This document shows, one piece after another, positions 39,970-50,509 of a stretch of DNA of 64,000 nt; position 1 is the first letter of the stretch, and the number at the start of each line of letters is the position of its first letter. This DNA comes from Bacteroidia bacterium (GTDB lineage Bacteria > Bacteroidota > Bacteroidia > AKYH767-A > OLB10). The notes beneath the pieces were generated by a model. It saw only the letters and a program-made list of their open reading frames with translations. It made no database searches and had not been told where the DNA came from. The position numbers were made by a program, and so were the translations under genes. The stretch is from positions 8,367 to 72,366 of the forward strand of contig DASUFP010000076.1 of the NCBI GenBank assembly GCA_036274495.1, read 5' to 3'.

Positions 39970-40551
39970 TTACGGATGGTGCACCGGCATTTGTGAAACA
40001 GCCGGTAAGGTATCAAGTAATCGAAAAGGCAGATCAAGCTTTTGAATATCAAGTATGGTATCCAGAAATACATCTTCACCGTTCCAGTCCTTGCCTTCGA
40101 AAAAAGCATTCACATATTTATTCATACCTAAAAGATAATACCCTCCCTCTTCGGCAGGTCCCACCACCACCGAGGTTTCTTTCATATTCTCAAATGCTTC
40201 AACAATGTGCGAACGACTCATCTCCGAACACTCACCCATTACCAGTACAACCCGTTTGTAACCCCGTTCGAAACCGCTCTTAAAGGCATCCGCCAAACGG
40301 CTGCCCGTATCACCACCCGATTGCATTTCCTTGCCGTAGGTGTCCTCCTCAAAAACATCACCCGTCTCGATAAAATCGCTGTATAAAACCAGCTTTTCTG
40401 CCGGCAAAGTTGAGGATATGTCGCGTAAATGCTGCAGCATTTGCAGGTAGGTTTCAAGCGCATTCGACTCACCCACCAGCCGGATTATTGAAGGATGCAC
40501 TTTACCATCCACCGCGTTGCGGATAAAGAGAATCAACAGATTGTCGTTCAT
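39970..40551 (-). CDS. DUF2064/TIGR04282-like nucleotide-diphospho-sugar transferase-fold protein.
   Basis: N-terminus LLILFIRNAVDGKVHPSIIRL resembles the LIIFaK.P.pG.VKTRL start of DUF2064 proteins. 193 aa. Assignment is from memory. Confidence 0.4.
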   Translation of the reverse strand: MNDNLLILFIRNAVDGKVHPSIIRLVGESNALETYLQMLQHLRDISSTLPAEKLVLYSDFIETGDVFEEDTYGKEMQSGGDTGSRLADAFKSGFERGYKRVVLVMGECSEMSRSHIVEAFENMKETSVVVGPAEEGGYYLLGMNKYVNAFFEGKDWNGEDVFLDTILDIQKLDLPFRLLDTLPAVSQMPVHHP

Positions 40552-40635
40552 AAGATGCGGATTACGGGTGTAAGAATAAAAAAAACCGCAGTCTGTTAAG
40601 GACTACGGTTTAAAAAAGTTATCTACAACAGCCTG

Positions 40636-41097
40636 TTACTGTCCGGGTGCAGGAGCCGGTGGAGCTTCAGGAGTAGTTCCGGGAATATTTTTCTTGTATT
40701 TTACAAGTGTTGCCTTAATAACAACATCCTGATTTATTTTGGTTTTGCTGACACCGCCACTCACACTGCCACCGTGCTTATTGGATTTTCCGCCTCCGCC
40801 ACCAACTGATGTAAATCCGCCTGCCTGCTGATCAAAATTGTCGATAATAACAGCGTCAGCACCCTTGCTGGCTGCAATTTGCATAACCTTTCGCTGAATT
40901 TTTTCGGTAGATTTTTTGGACGACATTTTCACATCCATTTTGCCCATAATTTCAAAAGGCTCAGGAATATCTGCTTCTCTGAAAAACATTTCCGCATTGA
41001 CGGTTGGCGCATACGACTTACCAAAATATTTATAGGGGCTCGATCCGCAACCCGCAAGTGCGGTAACAACAAACAAAACTGAAAAAAGACGCTTCAT
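40636..41097 (-). CDS. Lipoprotein (153 aa), hypothetical.
   Basis: Lipobox LAGC after the signal sequence MKRLFSVLFVVTA. Confidence 0.5.
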   Translation of the reverse strand: MKRLFSVLFVVTALAGCGSSPYKYFGKSYAPTVNAEMFFREADIPEPFEIMGKMDVKMSSKKSTEKIQRKVMQIAASKGADAVIIDNFDQQAGGFTSVGGGGGKSNKHGGSVSGGVSKTKINQDVVIKATLVKYKKNIPGTTPEAPPAPAPGQ

Positions 41098-41166
41098 ATA
41101 ATTATGTGTTTAGGTTAGAAGTATTATGCAAATTTAGCCGAAAATCCATTATAAAGGGCACTTCGT

Positions 41167-42576
41167 TCAATTCCTGATTCCGGAACGCACCAGTTTAATG
41201 GTTTGTCCTACTCCGCTGCCGCTAACATGAACCAGATAAATACCATTGCTCCAGGGCTGCGAAGGAATGGTCAATTTGTTGGAGCCAGACTGCAGGTCAG
41301 CAATCTGATCATAAACGGAACGTCCGAGCATATCCACAATTTTCAACGATACCTTGCCGGGATCTTTTAAAGTTATCTGAAGTGTTGCATCGCCGCTTAC
41401 CGGATTGCCGATAACCGCCACACCCTGATTTACCCCGTCAGGAGTATGTGCAGCAAGTACCGTAGCGCCGTTTAACAAAAACAATCCGTTAGAAATATCG
41501 CTGGCCACAATTGTTCCTGATGGTAAAAAGGGATACACTCCCCAGCAACCCGCATAGGATGAATAATCAACATTTGACGGATAGGTATCATAATAGGCCA
41601 CCTGCACCGGATTGGATGGATCGGCAATATCAAACACCTGAACACCGTCGTGATAATAGGAGACAAAGAGATAATGTTCTCTTATAAATTCATTATGCGG
41701 TATACTGCCATTAGGTCCGTTAGGAACAGGCACGTTCAGGAGATTGGAGCGGAATACACTTTTTACAATCGGATTCGAGAAATCGGAAATGTCAAATGCC
41801 TTAAGTCCGCTTCCGTGCGTTTCGTCAGCAACAATTAAGGTAAAACCCTGGGGGGTTAACCAGGAACTGTGGCTGTAGCCCATTTCGGGGTAGTTATCGA
41901 GAACCAGCAACAACTGCGGCGATATTGGATTCACAAAACTGTAAACATACAATCCATCGTACCCGACAGAGCAATAGGCTGTGTCGTTTCTAACAAACAC
42001 ATCGTGTACATGCGAAAAGTTGGTACTCGAAAGCGTGGTTATGAAGGTAGGATTTACAGGATTGGCAAGTGAGAGCACATCCATAGCATGAAAGTTACCT
42101 CCAACGGTAGTAGATGGCATATACAATTTATTGCCTTCAATAAAAATGTTGTGTGCCCGGGTACAAAGCACGTCGCTGTCGTAAACTTTCACGACAGAGT
42201 CGGGCAGGTATTGCAGATCGAAAATCTGTAAGGAGTTGGCGCCCTCATCGGCCACTCCGTAACAGTAGTGAGAATAGGTTTTAAAGTCGCGGTGAATGGT
42301 AAGCGTTGCCTGATCCTTACTCGGCTGAAAACTCACCTGCACCGGATTGGTCGGATTGGTAACATCAAAGAAGTGTGTACCTATTGCACTGCCTATAATG
42401 GCATACTCATGCCCAAGGCTGTCGGCATATCCCCAGCAGTCGTTATAGGCACCATAAAACGCGGGAGGAATGGTTGGGTCGTTCCAATTATAAAGTAAAG
42501 GCAAATTGAGTTGCATTTGAGCGTGGGCACCGCTCATTGAAATACCCGCAATAAGTAAGAGTATAAATTTCTTCAT
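41167..42576 (-). CDS. T9SS-sorted LVIVD-repeat beta-propeller protein. Start chosen at the internal Met (MKKFILLLIAG...); the ORF-track start is 42624.
   Basis: Signal peptide MKKFILLLIAGISMSGAHAQ. Repeats of the form ...G..V.D.S.P.NP... C-terminal CTD AVIGNPVSGDATLQI...GIYLVHVSGSGVGQTIKLVRS. Confidence 0.7.
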   Translation of the reverse strand: MKKFILLLIAGISMSGAHAQMQLNLPLLYNWNDPTIPPAFYGAYNDCWGYADSLGHEYAIIGSAIGTHFFDVTNPTNPVQVSFQPSKDQATLTIHRDFKTYSHYCYGVADEGANSLQIFDLQYLPDSVVKVYDSDVLCTRAHNIFIEGNKLYMPSTTVGGNFHAMDVLSLANPVNPTFITTLSSTNFSHVHDVFVRNDTAYCSVGYDGLYVYSFVNPISPQLLLVLDNYPEMGYSHSSWLTPQGFTLIVADETHGSGLKAFDISDFSNPIVKSVFRSNLLNVPVPNGPNGSIPHNEFIREHYLFVSYYHDGVQVFDIADPSNPVQVAYYDTYPSNVDYSSYAGCWGVYPFLPSGTIVASDISNGLFLLNGATVLAAHTPDGVNQGVAVIGNPVSGDATLQITLKDPGKVSLKIVDMLGRSVYDQIADLQSGSNKLTIPSQPWSNGIYLVHVSGSGVGQTIKLVRSGIRN

Positions 42577-42656
42577 GTTAACAGCTGTTAGGAACCTGAC
42601 CCAAATGTACAAAAAGAGGGACAATCAGGGGGTCATGTTCTCGTAAAAAGGAGTTG

Positions 42657-43469
42657 TTAACTTTCTGAAATAAGCGTTTCGATCAGTGTAGTCAGCTTTG
42701 CTTCGGCAAGGGATGCCACATGCACCACTTCGTCATGGGTCAAAGGTTCGGGTTGGTCCATCCCTCCAAGGTCGGTAATAACCGAAACGGCAAAACAGCT
42801 GAGCCCCATGTGCCGGGCGGCAATAACCTCGGGGACCGTTGACATACCCACCGCATCGGCACCTATGGTACGTATATAACGGTATTCGGCCGGCGTTTCG
42901 TAACAGGGCCCGGTAACAGCGGCATAAACACCTGTATGACATCTGAAACCTTGTTTGACGGCGATGGATTGCGCTTTCTTAATCAATTTCTGATCATAAG
43001 GAGCACTCATATCCGGAAATCTTGGCCCCAGTTCCTCCTCGTTATGACCTATCAGAGGGTTTACTCCCATCAGGTTGATGTGGTCATCCAGAATCATCAG
43101 ATCACCTACCTGAAATCCGGGGCGCAGGCCACCGCTCGCGTTACTTAACAGGAGCTGCTGTACTCCCAGATAACGCAAGACCCGTACAGGAAATACAACC
43201 TCTTCCATGGAGTAGCCTTCGTAAAAATGAAACCTACCCTGAAGGGCCACCACTTTTTTGCCACCCAGGATTCCCATTGTCATTTTGCTTCCATGACCCT
43301 TGACAGTAGATACCGGAAAGTTGGGAATTTGGTGGTAAGGAATTTCAAACTCCTTTTGTATGGCATTGGCAAGTCCGCCCAAACCGCTACCTAAAATAAT
43401 TCCGATTTCGGGCTCCCAGCCGCTTGCCTTTTTTAAAAAATCAGCTGTCGCTTTTATTTGTTTCGACAT
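42657..43469 (-). CDS. punA: Purine nucleoside phosphorylase, PNP family 1, inosine/guanosine type.
   Basis: IGIILGSGLGGLA, HGSKMTMG, ALQGRFHFYEG and MSTVPEVIAA, characteristic trimeric PNP motifs. 270 aa. Confidence 0.8.
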   Translation of the reverse strand: MSKQIKATADFLKKASGWEPEIGIILGSGLGGLANAIQKEFEIPYHQIPNFPVSTVKGHGSKMTMGILGGKKVVALQGRFHFYEGYSMEEVVFPVRVLRYLGVQQLLLSNASGGLRPGFQVGDLMILDDHINLMGVNPLIGHNEEELGPRFPDMSAPYDQKLIKKAQSIAVKQGFRCHTGVYAAVTGPCYETPAEYRYIRTIGADAVGMSTVPEVIAARHMGLSCFAVSVITDLGGMDQPEPLTHDEVVHVASLAEAKLTTLIETLISES

Positions 43470-44562
43470 AATTTAAAATCAGTTCATCAAACACAGATTG
43501 GTCTTCCGGCGGTAACAGAATGTCAACTGGCACATAAAATACCGGTAACTCCTTTAACATTCCATGTTCGGCAGCAGTGCGCAACCGCATTGCATCTTTT
43601 TCGGTTGTGAGGAGTACTGTAGACGGCTCATTCAGCATTCTGGTCTGAAAATGTTCTGCCAGCTCATCCAGTTCCGCAGGGGTATATTCATGATGATCGC
43701 CAAACAAAAAGATATCAGGCTTAACATAACGGGCAGTAACATATTCAACAAACCGACCGGCATCGGCAATACCCGCAAATAAAATCACCACTTTGGGATG
43801 TTCGGGAAAAGTGACAACCGTACCGGTAAAAACCGGCTTTGGATGGCCATATGTAAGAGATGAGAAAAGGACCGGCTTTTCATGCATTCGAACTTTTCGG
43901 GTAATGCTTTTTTTTTCAGCTTCCACCCCGTCAGGAGTTTTTGTTACAATGAGGCAATCGGCTCGTCTTTTTCCGGATACAGGTTCACGCAAGTTACCTG
44001 CGGGCAGCAGGTGATCTTTGTAAAACGGACGCTGCCAGGAGGTCAACAGGATTTTAAAACCCGGTACCACCCTTCGGTGCTGAAATCCATCATCCATAAG
44101 GATAACCTGAACATTCGGGAACTGTTTTATGATGGTACGTATACCCTCGGCCCTGTTTTCACATACGGTTACCGTTAGTTCGGGATGGCGTGTCTTATAA
44201 AGCAGCGGTTCATCGCCGGCTTCGTTAACCGACGAGCGCAGGGTGACTTCCCTGAAACCTTTTGACTGACGCCCATATCCCCTGCTTAAAGTTGCAACCC
44301 GGTATTTACCCGAGAGCAACCGGATGAGGTATTCGGTATGGGGTGTTTTACCGGTTCCGCCCGTACTCAGGTTACCGACAAGAATAACGGGAAGATTAAA
44401 TTTTACCGAAGGAAAAATTCCTGAATCGTAAAAAAAATTCCGCAACACCACCACCAGTCCGTAACAAAAAGAAAAGGGATAAAGCAGGAGTCGCATCTGT
44501 TGATCAGAATTTGTACGAATACTTTTAATGTTGCCGAAGGTAGGAAAATCGACCGAAATCAA
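43441..44562 (-). CDS. lpxK: Tetraacyldisaccharide 4'-kinase.
   Basis: VGNLSTGGTGKTPHTEYLI, the LpxK P-loop. 373 aa. Confidence 0.8.
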   Translation of the reverse strand: MISVDFPTFGNIKSIRTNSDQQMRLLLYPFSFCYGLVVVLRNFFYDSGIFPSVKFNLPVILVGNLSTGGTGKTPHTEYLIRLLSGKYRVATLSRGYGRQSKGFREVTLRSSVNEAGDEPLLYKTRHPELTVTVCENRAEGIRTIIKQFPNVQVILMDDGFQHRRVVPGFKILLTSWQRPFYKDHLLPAGNLREPVSGKRRADCLIVTKTPDGVEAEKKSITRKVRMHEKPVLFSSLTYGHPKPVFTGTVVTFPEHPKVVILFAGIADAGRFVEYVTARYVKPDIFLFGDHHEYTPAELDELAEHFQTRMLNEPSTVLLTTEKDAMRLRTAAEHGMLKELPVFYVPVDILLPPEDQSVFDELILNYVETNKSDS

Positions 44563-44604
44563 AATAACGGAAACAGCTGTGCTATTGAAATGTAACAGGT
44601 AACT

Positions 44605-45723
44605 TTGACCTTTGAACCGATTACTATGGAGAAACTAAGCACCCTGATAAATCACCTTGAATCCATTGCGCCTCCGGCTTTGCAGGAGTCGTATGATAAC
44701 GCCGGTCTTATTACCGGGAACCCGAATATGGAAATTACAGGCGCCCTTATTTGCCTCGACAGCACTGAAGCCGTAATTGATGAGGCCATACAACTGGGAT
44801 ATAATCTGGTTATAGCCCACCATCCGATTGTGTTTTCAGGGATGAAAAAATTCAGCGGCGACAGCTATGTGGAGCGGGTAATTGTAAAAGCCATCCGGCA
44901 CGATATTGCATTGTATGCGGCACATACCAACCTGGATAATGTTGCGGCAGGCGTTAATCAGGAAATATGCAACCGCCTGGGATTAAATAACATCAGCATT
45001 CTGGCACCAAAAGAGGGATTATTGAAAAAGCTGGTTACCTATGCCCCGGTGGCGGAGGCCGAAAAGGTAAGAGCAGCATTATTTGCCGCGGGAGCAGGAG
45101 CAATTGGGAACTACGACTCGTGCAGTTTTAACATTCCGGGTACCGGAACCTTCAGAGGTAACGAACAATCCAACCCCGTAAAAGGTCAAAAAGGAGCGGT
45201 ACATGCTGAGAATGAGGAACGGATTGAGTTGATTTATGAGGCATTTCGCGAGCCACAAATCCTGTCGGCTCTCCGTCAATCGCACTCTTACGAGGAAATT
45301 GCCTGGCAGTCGGTTCATGTAACCAACCCGTTGCAGACGGTCGGCTCCGGGATGGTCGGTAACCTCCCTGAGCCAATTGACTATCAAGCCTTTTTGACAC
45401 TTGTTAAGGACCGTTTCAACACCGGAATCATACGTTATACGGAACCTACCGGAAAACCCATTCAAAAAGTTGCAGTATGCGGAGGATCAGGGAGTTTCCT
45501 GCTAAAAGACGCCATAAAAGCCGGAGCTGATGCTTTTGTTACGGCCGACTTCAAATACCACCAGTTTTTTGATGCCGACGGGCGTATCTTCCTGGCTGAT
45601 ATCGGGCACTTTGAAAGTGAACAGTTTACGATGGATTTATTTTATAGGATTCTGAACAAAAAATTTCCTAAATTTGCCGTCCGTTTAACAGCTACCCCGA
45701 CGAATCCCGTCCGGTACTTTTAG
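44605..45723 (+). CDS. Nif3-family dinuclear metal centre protein (YqfO/YbgI-like).
   Basis: YDNAGL, VIAHHP and AAHTNLD. The 372-aa length fits the form with an inserted PII-like domain. Confidence 0.85.
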   Translation: MTFEPITMEKLSTLINHLESIAPPALQESYDNAGLITGNPNMEITGALICLDSTEAVIDEAIQLGYNLVIAHHPIVFSGMKKFSGDSYVERVIVKAIRHDIALYAAHTNLDNVAAGVNQEICNRLGLNNISILAPKEGLLKKLVTYAPVAEAEKVRAALFAAGAGAIGNYDSCSFNIPGTGTFRGNEQSNPVKGQKGAVHAENEERIELIYEAFREPQILSALRQSHSYEEIAWQSVHVTNPLQTVGSGMVGNLPEPIDYQAFLTLVKDRFNTGIIRYTEPTGKPIQKVAVCGGSGSFLLKDAIKAGADAFVTADFKYHQFFDADGRIFLADIGHFESEQFTMDLFYRILNKKFPKFAVRLTATPTNPVRYF

Positions 45724-45753
45724 TCCGGACCGATACACCCACAAATACTATCT

Positions 45754-46638
45754 ATGATCGCTGAAAAAAAGACCGCAAAAGCGAAAGCCACAGGCGAAAA
45801 GAAAGAGAAAAAGCCGTCCACGAGAACTAAACTCGCCGAAAAAAAGCCGGTCCAGGAAATCAAAGAGCGCAGGTTTAATTTCGATTTAAAAGTCTTCAAC
45901 AAAGACAAATCGGAATTTACAACAGAAGAAAAGCTATACGCATTATTTCAGTTACAGCTGATTGATTCGGAAATCGACAAAATCAGAATTGTCCGCGGAG
46001 AGTTACCTATGGAAGTGAGTGATCTTGAAGATGAGGTGGCGGGACTGCAGACACGGTTAACGAATTTTACCGAGGAGGCTGCCGAGTTACAACAATCCAT
46101 CACTCAGAAAAAGCAGTCGATAAAAGATTCCAATGCACTCATCAAAAAGTATGAGGCGCAGCAGATGAATGTGAAGAACAACCGCGAATTTGATTCCCTG
46201 AACAAGGAAATCGAATTTCAGCAACTTGAAATACAGCTTGCACAAAAACGCATCAAGGAATCGGAAGCAGAACTGCACGACAAAATTGAGGTGGTAGCCG
46301 CTTCAACAGTTACACTGGATGAGCGTTCACAGGATTTGGCAGTAAAGAAAAGTGAACTTGACACCATCGTGGCAGAGACACAAAAAGAAGAAGAACAGCT
46401 GTTGCAGTTCCGCGAAAAAGCCACCGAAATGATTGATGAAAGACTGCTTACCGCCTATCATCGTACCCGTGAGAACGCGCGCAACGGCTTGGCTGTTGTT
46501 ACCATTCAGCGTGATGCCTGCGGCGGATGTTTCAACAAGATCCCGCCTCAGCGCCAGCTCGATATCCGCCAGCACAAGAAAGTGATTGTGTGCGAGCATT
46601 GCGGACGCATTTTAGTTGACGTCAACATCGGATTGTAA
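45754..46638 (+). CDS. COG1579-type zinc-ribbon/coiled-coil protein, commonly encoded next to Nif3.
   Basis: Long coiled coil, then C-terminal CGGCFNKIPP...CEHCGRIL zinc ribbon. Confidence 0.7.
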   Translation: MIAEKKTAKAKATGEKKEKKPSTRTKLAEKKPVQEIKERRFNFDLKVFNKDKSEFTTEEKLYALFQLQLIDSEIDKIRIVRGELPMEVSDLEDEVAGLQTRLTNFTEEAAELQQSITQKKQSIKDSNALIKKYEAQQMNVKNNREFDSLNKEIEFQQLEIQLAQKRIKESEAELHDKIEVVAASTVTLDERSQDLAVKKSELDTIVAETQKEEEQLLQFREKATEMIDERLLTAYHRTRENARNGLAVVTIQRDACGGCFNKIPPQRQLDIRQHKKVIVCEHCGRILVDVNIGL

Positions 46639-46650
46639 TCCGAAACAAAT

Positions 46651-46690
46651 AAGCTTTACAGGGATTTCCAAAAGGGAGTCCCTTTTTTTT
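46651..46690 (+). terminator. Rho-independent terminator.
   Basis: AGGGATTTCC-aaaa-GGGAGTCCCT is an imperfect stem, followed by nine T residues. Confidence 0.55.
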
Positions 46691-46718
46691 ATTCTTACAT
46701 TGTTGTTACCTTCATTGT

Positions 46719-48200
46719 ATGCTCGGCCCCCTTACGGTATTGCTCCTTTTCTTCGGCACACTCACAGCCACTGCCACCGTATTTGAAATGAATACTACGT
46801 GTCGTGAAGCTTATACCAACATTCAGCTTTTGCAATTCAACAAAGCCAGGGAACTGATAAGCCTCGAACGAAAGGCACATGCCGGCAACGCAGCTGTGGT
46901 GTACCTGGAAGGATATATTGATTTTCTGACTGCTTTTGTTACCGAGGAGGATACCTGTTTTGAGAAGCAGAAGAAATCGCTTGACAGCCGACTGCAACTG
47001 CTCAATAAAGTTGCACCCGCCAACCCATGGGTGCGTATGGCCGGAGCCGAACTCATTATGCAAACAGCCATCAACAAACTGAAGTGGCAGGAATTTTTAT
47101 CGGCAGGTTACCTGTTTCGTAAATCGTATAAAATGCTGGAGGAAAACCAAAAGCAGTATCCTGATTTTTATCCGAATTTAAAGGCACTTGGGTTTTGTCA
47201 TACTGCTATTGGTTCCGTCCCTTCGAACTACCAGTGGCTGGCCAACCTTGCCGGCATGAAGGGTTCGGTAAAACAGGGCGCCGCTGAACTGGACCTCCTC
47301 CTGTATCGAATTAAAAACGACCCGGAACTGAACTTCCTTGAAACAGAAACCGAATTTATAAGAGCATTTGTCGCTATTCATTTTGAAAAAAACAATACTA
47401 CAGCTCTTCAAATAGCGAACCGGTTTGAACATGCAAAATACAACGGACCGCTCCAGCTCTTTCTAACGGCTAATGTGTATGTGCTAACCGGTGATCCGCA
47501 AAAAGGCCTTGCTATTCTTGAAAACGCGGCACCTTCACCGGGAACACTGAAAATGGATTACCTCGATTACATGAAAGGCAGCCTGAAAATAGAGAAGCTT
47601 GATTATAACGCTGCAGCCGACCTGGGTGCATTCACCGGATCGTTTAAAGGCCGCAGTTTTATTAAAGCCGCCTGGCAAAAGATGGGATGGATAAGACTGC
47701 TGCAAGGCGATACAACAGGATATACCGCCTGCATGCGCCAGGTAACATTGCATGGAAACAACTTTACCGACGAAGACAAACAGGCGACAGTGGAGGCGGA
47801 AAGCGGATCCATTCCAAATATCATCCTGCTTCGCGCCAGGCTTCTTACAGATGGTGGCAACTATGGTGATGCACTTGCCGTGATAGCTTCCCAGCCGGCA
47901 TCCATTTACCACACCACCCACGAACAACTGGAACTCACCTACAGGCTGGCACGCATTTATGATAAAATGGGAAACACCGCCAAGGCACTTGAATATTATC
48001 AGCTTACTTGTACCAACGGTGCTTCACGCCCCTATTATTTTGCTGCAAACTCGGCACTCCTCACCGCAGTGATTTATGAACAGCAGGGTAACCGTGAAAA
48101 AGCAATAGAATGGTATAAGAAATGTCTTTCGATGCGCAACCATGAATACCAGAACAGCATCGACCAGAAGGCGAAGTCGGGACTGGACAGGCTGGGGTAA
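46719..48200 (+). CDS. Secreted TPR-like repeat protein (493 aa), hypothetical.
   Basis: Signal peptide. Helical-repeat character with TPR-like segments such as YDKMGNTAKALEYYQ and YEQQGNREKAIEWYKK. Confidence 0.5.
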   Translation: MLGPLTVLLLFFGTLTATATVFEMNTTCREAYTNIQLLQFNKARELISLERKAHAGNAAVVYLEGYIDFLTAFVTEEDTCFEKQKKSLDSRLQLLNKVAPANPWVRMAGAELIMQTAINKLKWQEFLSAGYLFRKSYKMLEENQKQYPDFYPNLKALGFCHTAIGSVPSNYQWLANLAGMKGSVKQGAAELDLLLYRIKNDPELNFLETETEFIRAFVAIHFEKNNTTALQIANRFEHAKYNGPLQLFLTANVYVLTGDPQKGLAILENAAPSPGTLKMDYLDYMKGSLKIEKLDYNAAADLGAFTGSFKGRSFIKAAWQKMGWIRLLQGDTTGYTACMRQVTLHGNNFTDEDKQATVEAESGSIPNIILLRARLLTDGGNYGDALAVIASQPASIYHTTHEQLELTYRLARIYDKMGNTAKALEYYQLTCTNGASRPYYFAANSALLTAVIYEQQGNREKAIEWYKKCLSMRNHEYQNSIDQKAKSGLDRLG

Positions 48201-48337
48201 AGTAATGATGCGGATCAAGTTACTCGACACCTACGGCAATGTGTAGTTTGATTGTGATGAATTGAATCTTTGTGAACGAATAAACGGCGCCAACCTATTT
48301 AGTATTTTTGATAGTTGAATGTTGAATAACTGAAGCA

Positions 48338-48979
48338 ATGGAATTTCTGGACGAAAAACTTACAGGGTATATCGATGCGCATACGGCAGAGGAACCGGCG
48401 ATACTGGCCGCACTGAACCGCGAAACGTGGGCCAAAATACTTATGCCCCGGATGTTGTCTGGTCACCTGCAGGGAAGAGTACTGTCGATGCTGAGTCATA
48501 TGATACGGCCTGCCAGCGTACTTGAAATAGGAACCTACACCGGCTACTCTGCTATTTGTCTGGCCGAAGGTCTTGCATCCGGCGGAACCGTTACAACAAT
48601 AGATATCAATGATGAACTGGAGGAGATGGTCAAAAGATACATCGACTTGTCAGGCAATACCCAAAAAATTACCGCGCTTATCGGCGATGCCACACAACTG
48701 ATTCCTGCAATAGACCGGACGTTTGATCTGGTATTTATTGATGCCGATAAGGAGAATTACTCCAATTACTTTGATCTTGTAATTAATAAGGTGCGGCCGG
48801 GAGGCTATATTATTGCCGATAATGTGTTGTGGAGCGGGAATGTCCTGCAGGCCCCCTCCGAAATGGATGCAGAAACCAGGGCGATTTTCGACTTTAACAA
48901 CAAAATCCATAGCGATTCGAGAGTGGCTCATGTCCTGTTCCCTGTCAGAGACGGCTTAATGATTTGTCGGAAACTTTAA
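48338..48979 (+). CDS. Class I SAM-dependent O-methyltransferase (caffeoyl-CoA OMT/YrrM-like).
   Basis: VLEIGTYTGYSAICLA (motif I) and DLVFIDADKENY, typical of the CCoAOMT family. 213 aa. Confidence 0.8.
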   Translation: MEFLDEKLTGYIDAHTAEEPAILAALNRETWAKILMPRMLSGHLQGRVLSMLSHMIRPASVLEIGTYTGYSAICLAEGLASGGTVTTIDINDELEEMVKRYIDLSGNTQKITALIGDATQLIPAIDRTFDLVFIDADKENYSNYFDLVINKVRPGGYIIADNVLWSGNVLQAPSEMDAETRAIFDFNNKIHSDSRVAHVLFPVRDGLMICRKL

Positions 48980-49088
48980 TGAAAGTGCCACTTGCCTTAT
49001 TTAATTAATCGCCTTACATTTGATATCAGTAAAGATTCAATTTAAACTCTAATCCCCATTTTGCATCAAACCCAATAAACCCTCTGCT

Positions 49089-49469
49089 ATGAAATCAAAA
49101 CTGATTATTGCTGTACTCCTGCTTTTTGCAGGCACTACCTATTCTTTTGGTCAAAAAAGTGAATCGGCTGCATCTGCTCAAACAGCTGAACAACGGACAC
49201 AAGTAATTGTGCAACAAATGACTAAGAACCTGAGCTTATCTCAGGAACAACAAAAACGTGTTCACGACCTGGTGCTGACCCGCGAGCAAAAGCGCGACAC
49301 CGGAAAATTTACTGAAGAAGATAAAGCGGTATTCAAAAAACAACTGAACACCATCCTTACTCCTGAACAACAACAAAAGCACAACCAGATGATGCAGGAG
49401 CGTCACAAACAACAAGGCACTCAGGACAGTCCCGGTAAACAGCCTAAAAAACAAGAAGTTACACAGTAA
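49089..49469 (+). CDS. Periplasmic Spy/CpxP-like (LTxxQ-type) protein.
   Basis: Signal peptide. Q/E/K-rich helical sequence with LSLSQEQQKRVHDL and LTREQKRD, which are LTxxQ-like motifs. Confidence 0.4.
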   Translation: MKSKLIIAVLLLFAGTTYSFGQKSESAASAQTAEQRTQVIVQQMTKNLSLSQEQQKRVHDLVLTREQKRDTGKFTEEDKAVFKKQLNTILTPEQQQKHNQMMQERHKQQGTQDSPGKQPKKQEVTQ

Positions 49470-49490
49470 CTAACGGTAATAAAAATTGTA

Positions 49491-49522
49491 ACGGGAGGGG
49501 CTAAGCCCCTCCTTTTTTTATG
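49491..49522 (+). terminator. Rho-independent terminator.
   Basis: GGAGGGGC-taa-GCCCCTCC followed by ttttttt. Confidence 0.75.
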
Positions 49523-49572
49523 GTTACAGGCGTCAAATTGCTAACTTTGCCGGTACCTGATTGTGCACCCAA

Positions 49573-50289
49573 ATGGCCTACGAATTTAACGACGCGACTA
49601 TTGTAAAGATTGAAGATGAATCGGATATCGTCAAACGCTTTTATATTAAAATGCCTGATGCTACCCCGTTTACTTTTAAAGCAGGTCAATTTGTAATGCT
49701 CGATCTGCCCATTGAAGCCAAATACACCAACCGCAGCTACTCCATAGCTTCACCGCCCTCAACTGACAATACCTTTGAATTGTGTATTGTATTAAAGTCG
49801 GATGGTCTGGGTACCAATTATATGTGGAATAATTACACGGTGGGAACATCTGTGAAAGTATCGAGGGTGCTGGGTAAATTCGGAATACTGGAGCCTATCG
49901 ACACCGACATCTGCTTTATTTGTACAGGAACGGGAATAGCGCCGTTACGGTCGCAATTGCTGGATATCCTGAACCGAAAGCTGGAACACAGGAATATTTA
50001 CATGATTTTCGGGAACCGGTGGGAAAAGGATATCATTTACAGGAAGGAGATGGAAGCGCTTGAGCAGCAACACCCTGAATTTAAGTTTATTCCGGTGCTT
50101 TCCCGGGAAAATGCCGGCTGGAAAGGAGCCTCCGGATATGTGCACCAGGTGTATGAACAGCTGTTTGCAGACCGGCGTCCTGCAAAATTTTATATCTGCG
50201 GATGGGCCTCCATGCTGCGGGAAGCTCGGCAGCGGCTTGAAGCAATGGGATACGATAAAAAATCGATCCGTTTTGAGTCGTACGACTGA
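49573..50289 (+). CDS. FNR-family FAD/NAD(P)-binding oxidoreductase. Start set at the ATG at 49573; the ORF track begins at a TTG at 49561.
   Basis: RSYSIASPP (the RxYS FAD-binding motif), FICTGTGIAPL (the NAD(P)-binding GTGxAP motif). Confidence 0.7.
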   Translation: MAYEFNDATIVKIEDESDIVKRFYIKMPDATPFTFKAGQFVMLDLPIEAKYTNRSYSIASPPSTDNTFELCIVLKSDGLGTNYMWNNYTVGTSVKVSRVLGKFGILEPIDTDICFICTGTGIAPLRSQLLDILNRKLEHRNIYMIFGNRWEKDIIYRKEMEALEQQHPEFKFIPVLSRENAGWKGASGYVHQVYEQLFADRRPAKFYICGWASMLREARQRLEAMGYDKKSIRFESYD

Positions 50290-50485
50290 TTTTCGAAAGC
50301 CTGCCCTTTAACCGAACGGCTGTAATAGTAAAGGCATTTGTAATTTTTTTTACCGGCAAGTAATTCTCTTCTGAAATCATGAAGCGGCCGGGCACTTGCG
50401 GTTGAAATCAAAATTGCCGGTCGGCACCGTTTCATTTCCGTACAACAAAGTTGGTCCAATTTGGATCAATCAATGAACTACTTCT

Positions 50486-50493
50486 TATATTTG
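50486..50493 (+). promoter_or_regulatory. Candidate Bacteroidota -7 promoter element for the nuo operon.
   Basis: TATATTTG (the TAnnTTTG pattern) lies 17 nt upstream of the nuoA ATG. Confidence 0.3.
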
Positions 50494-50509
50494 ACCAAAC
50501 CAATTGTGA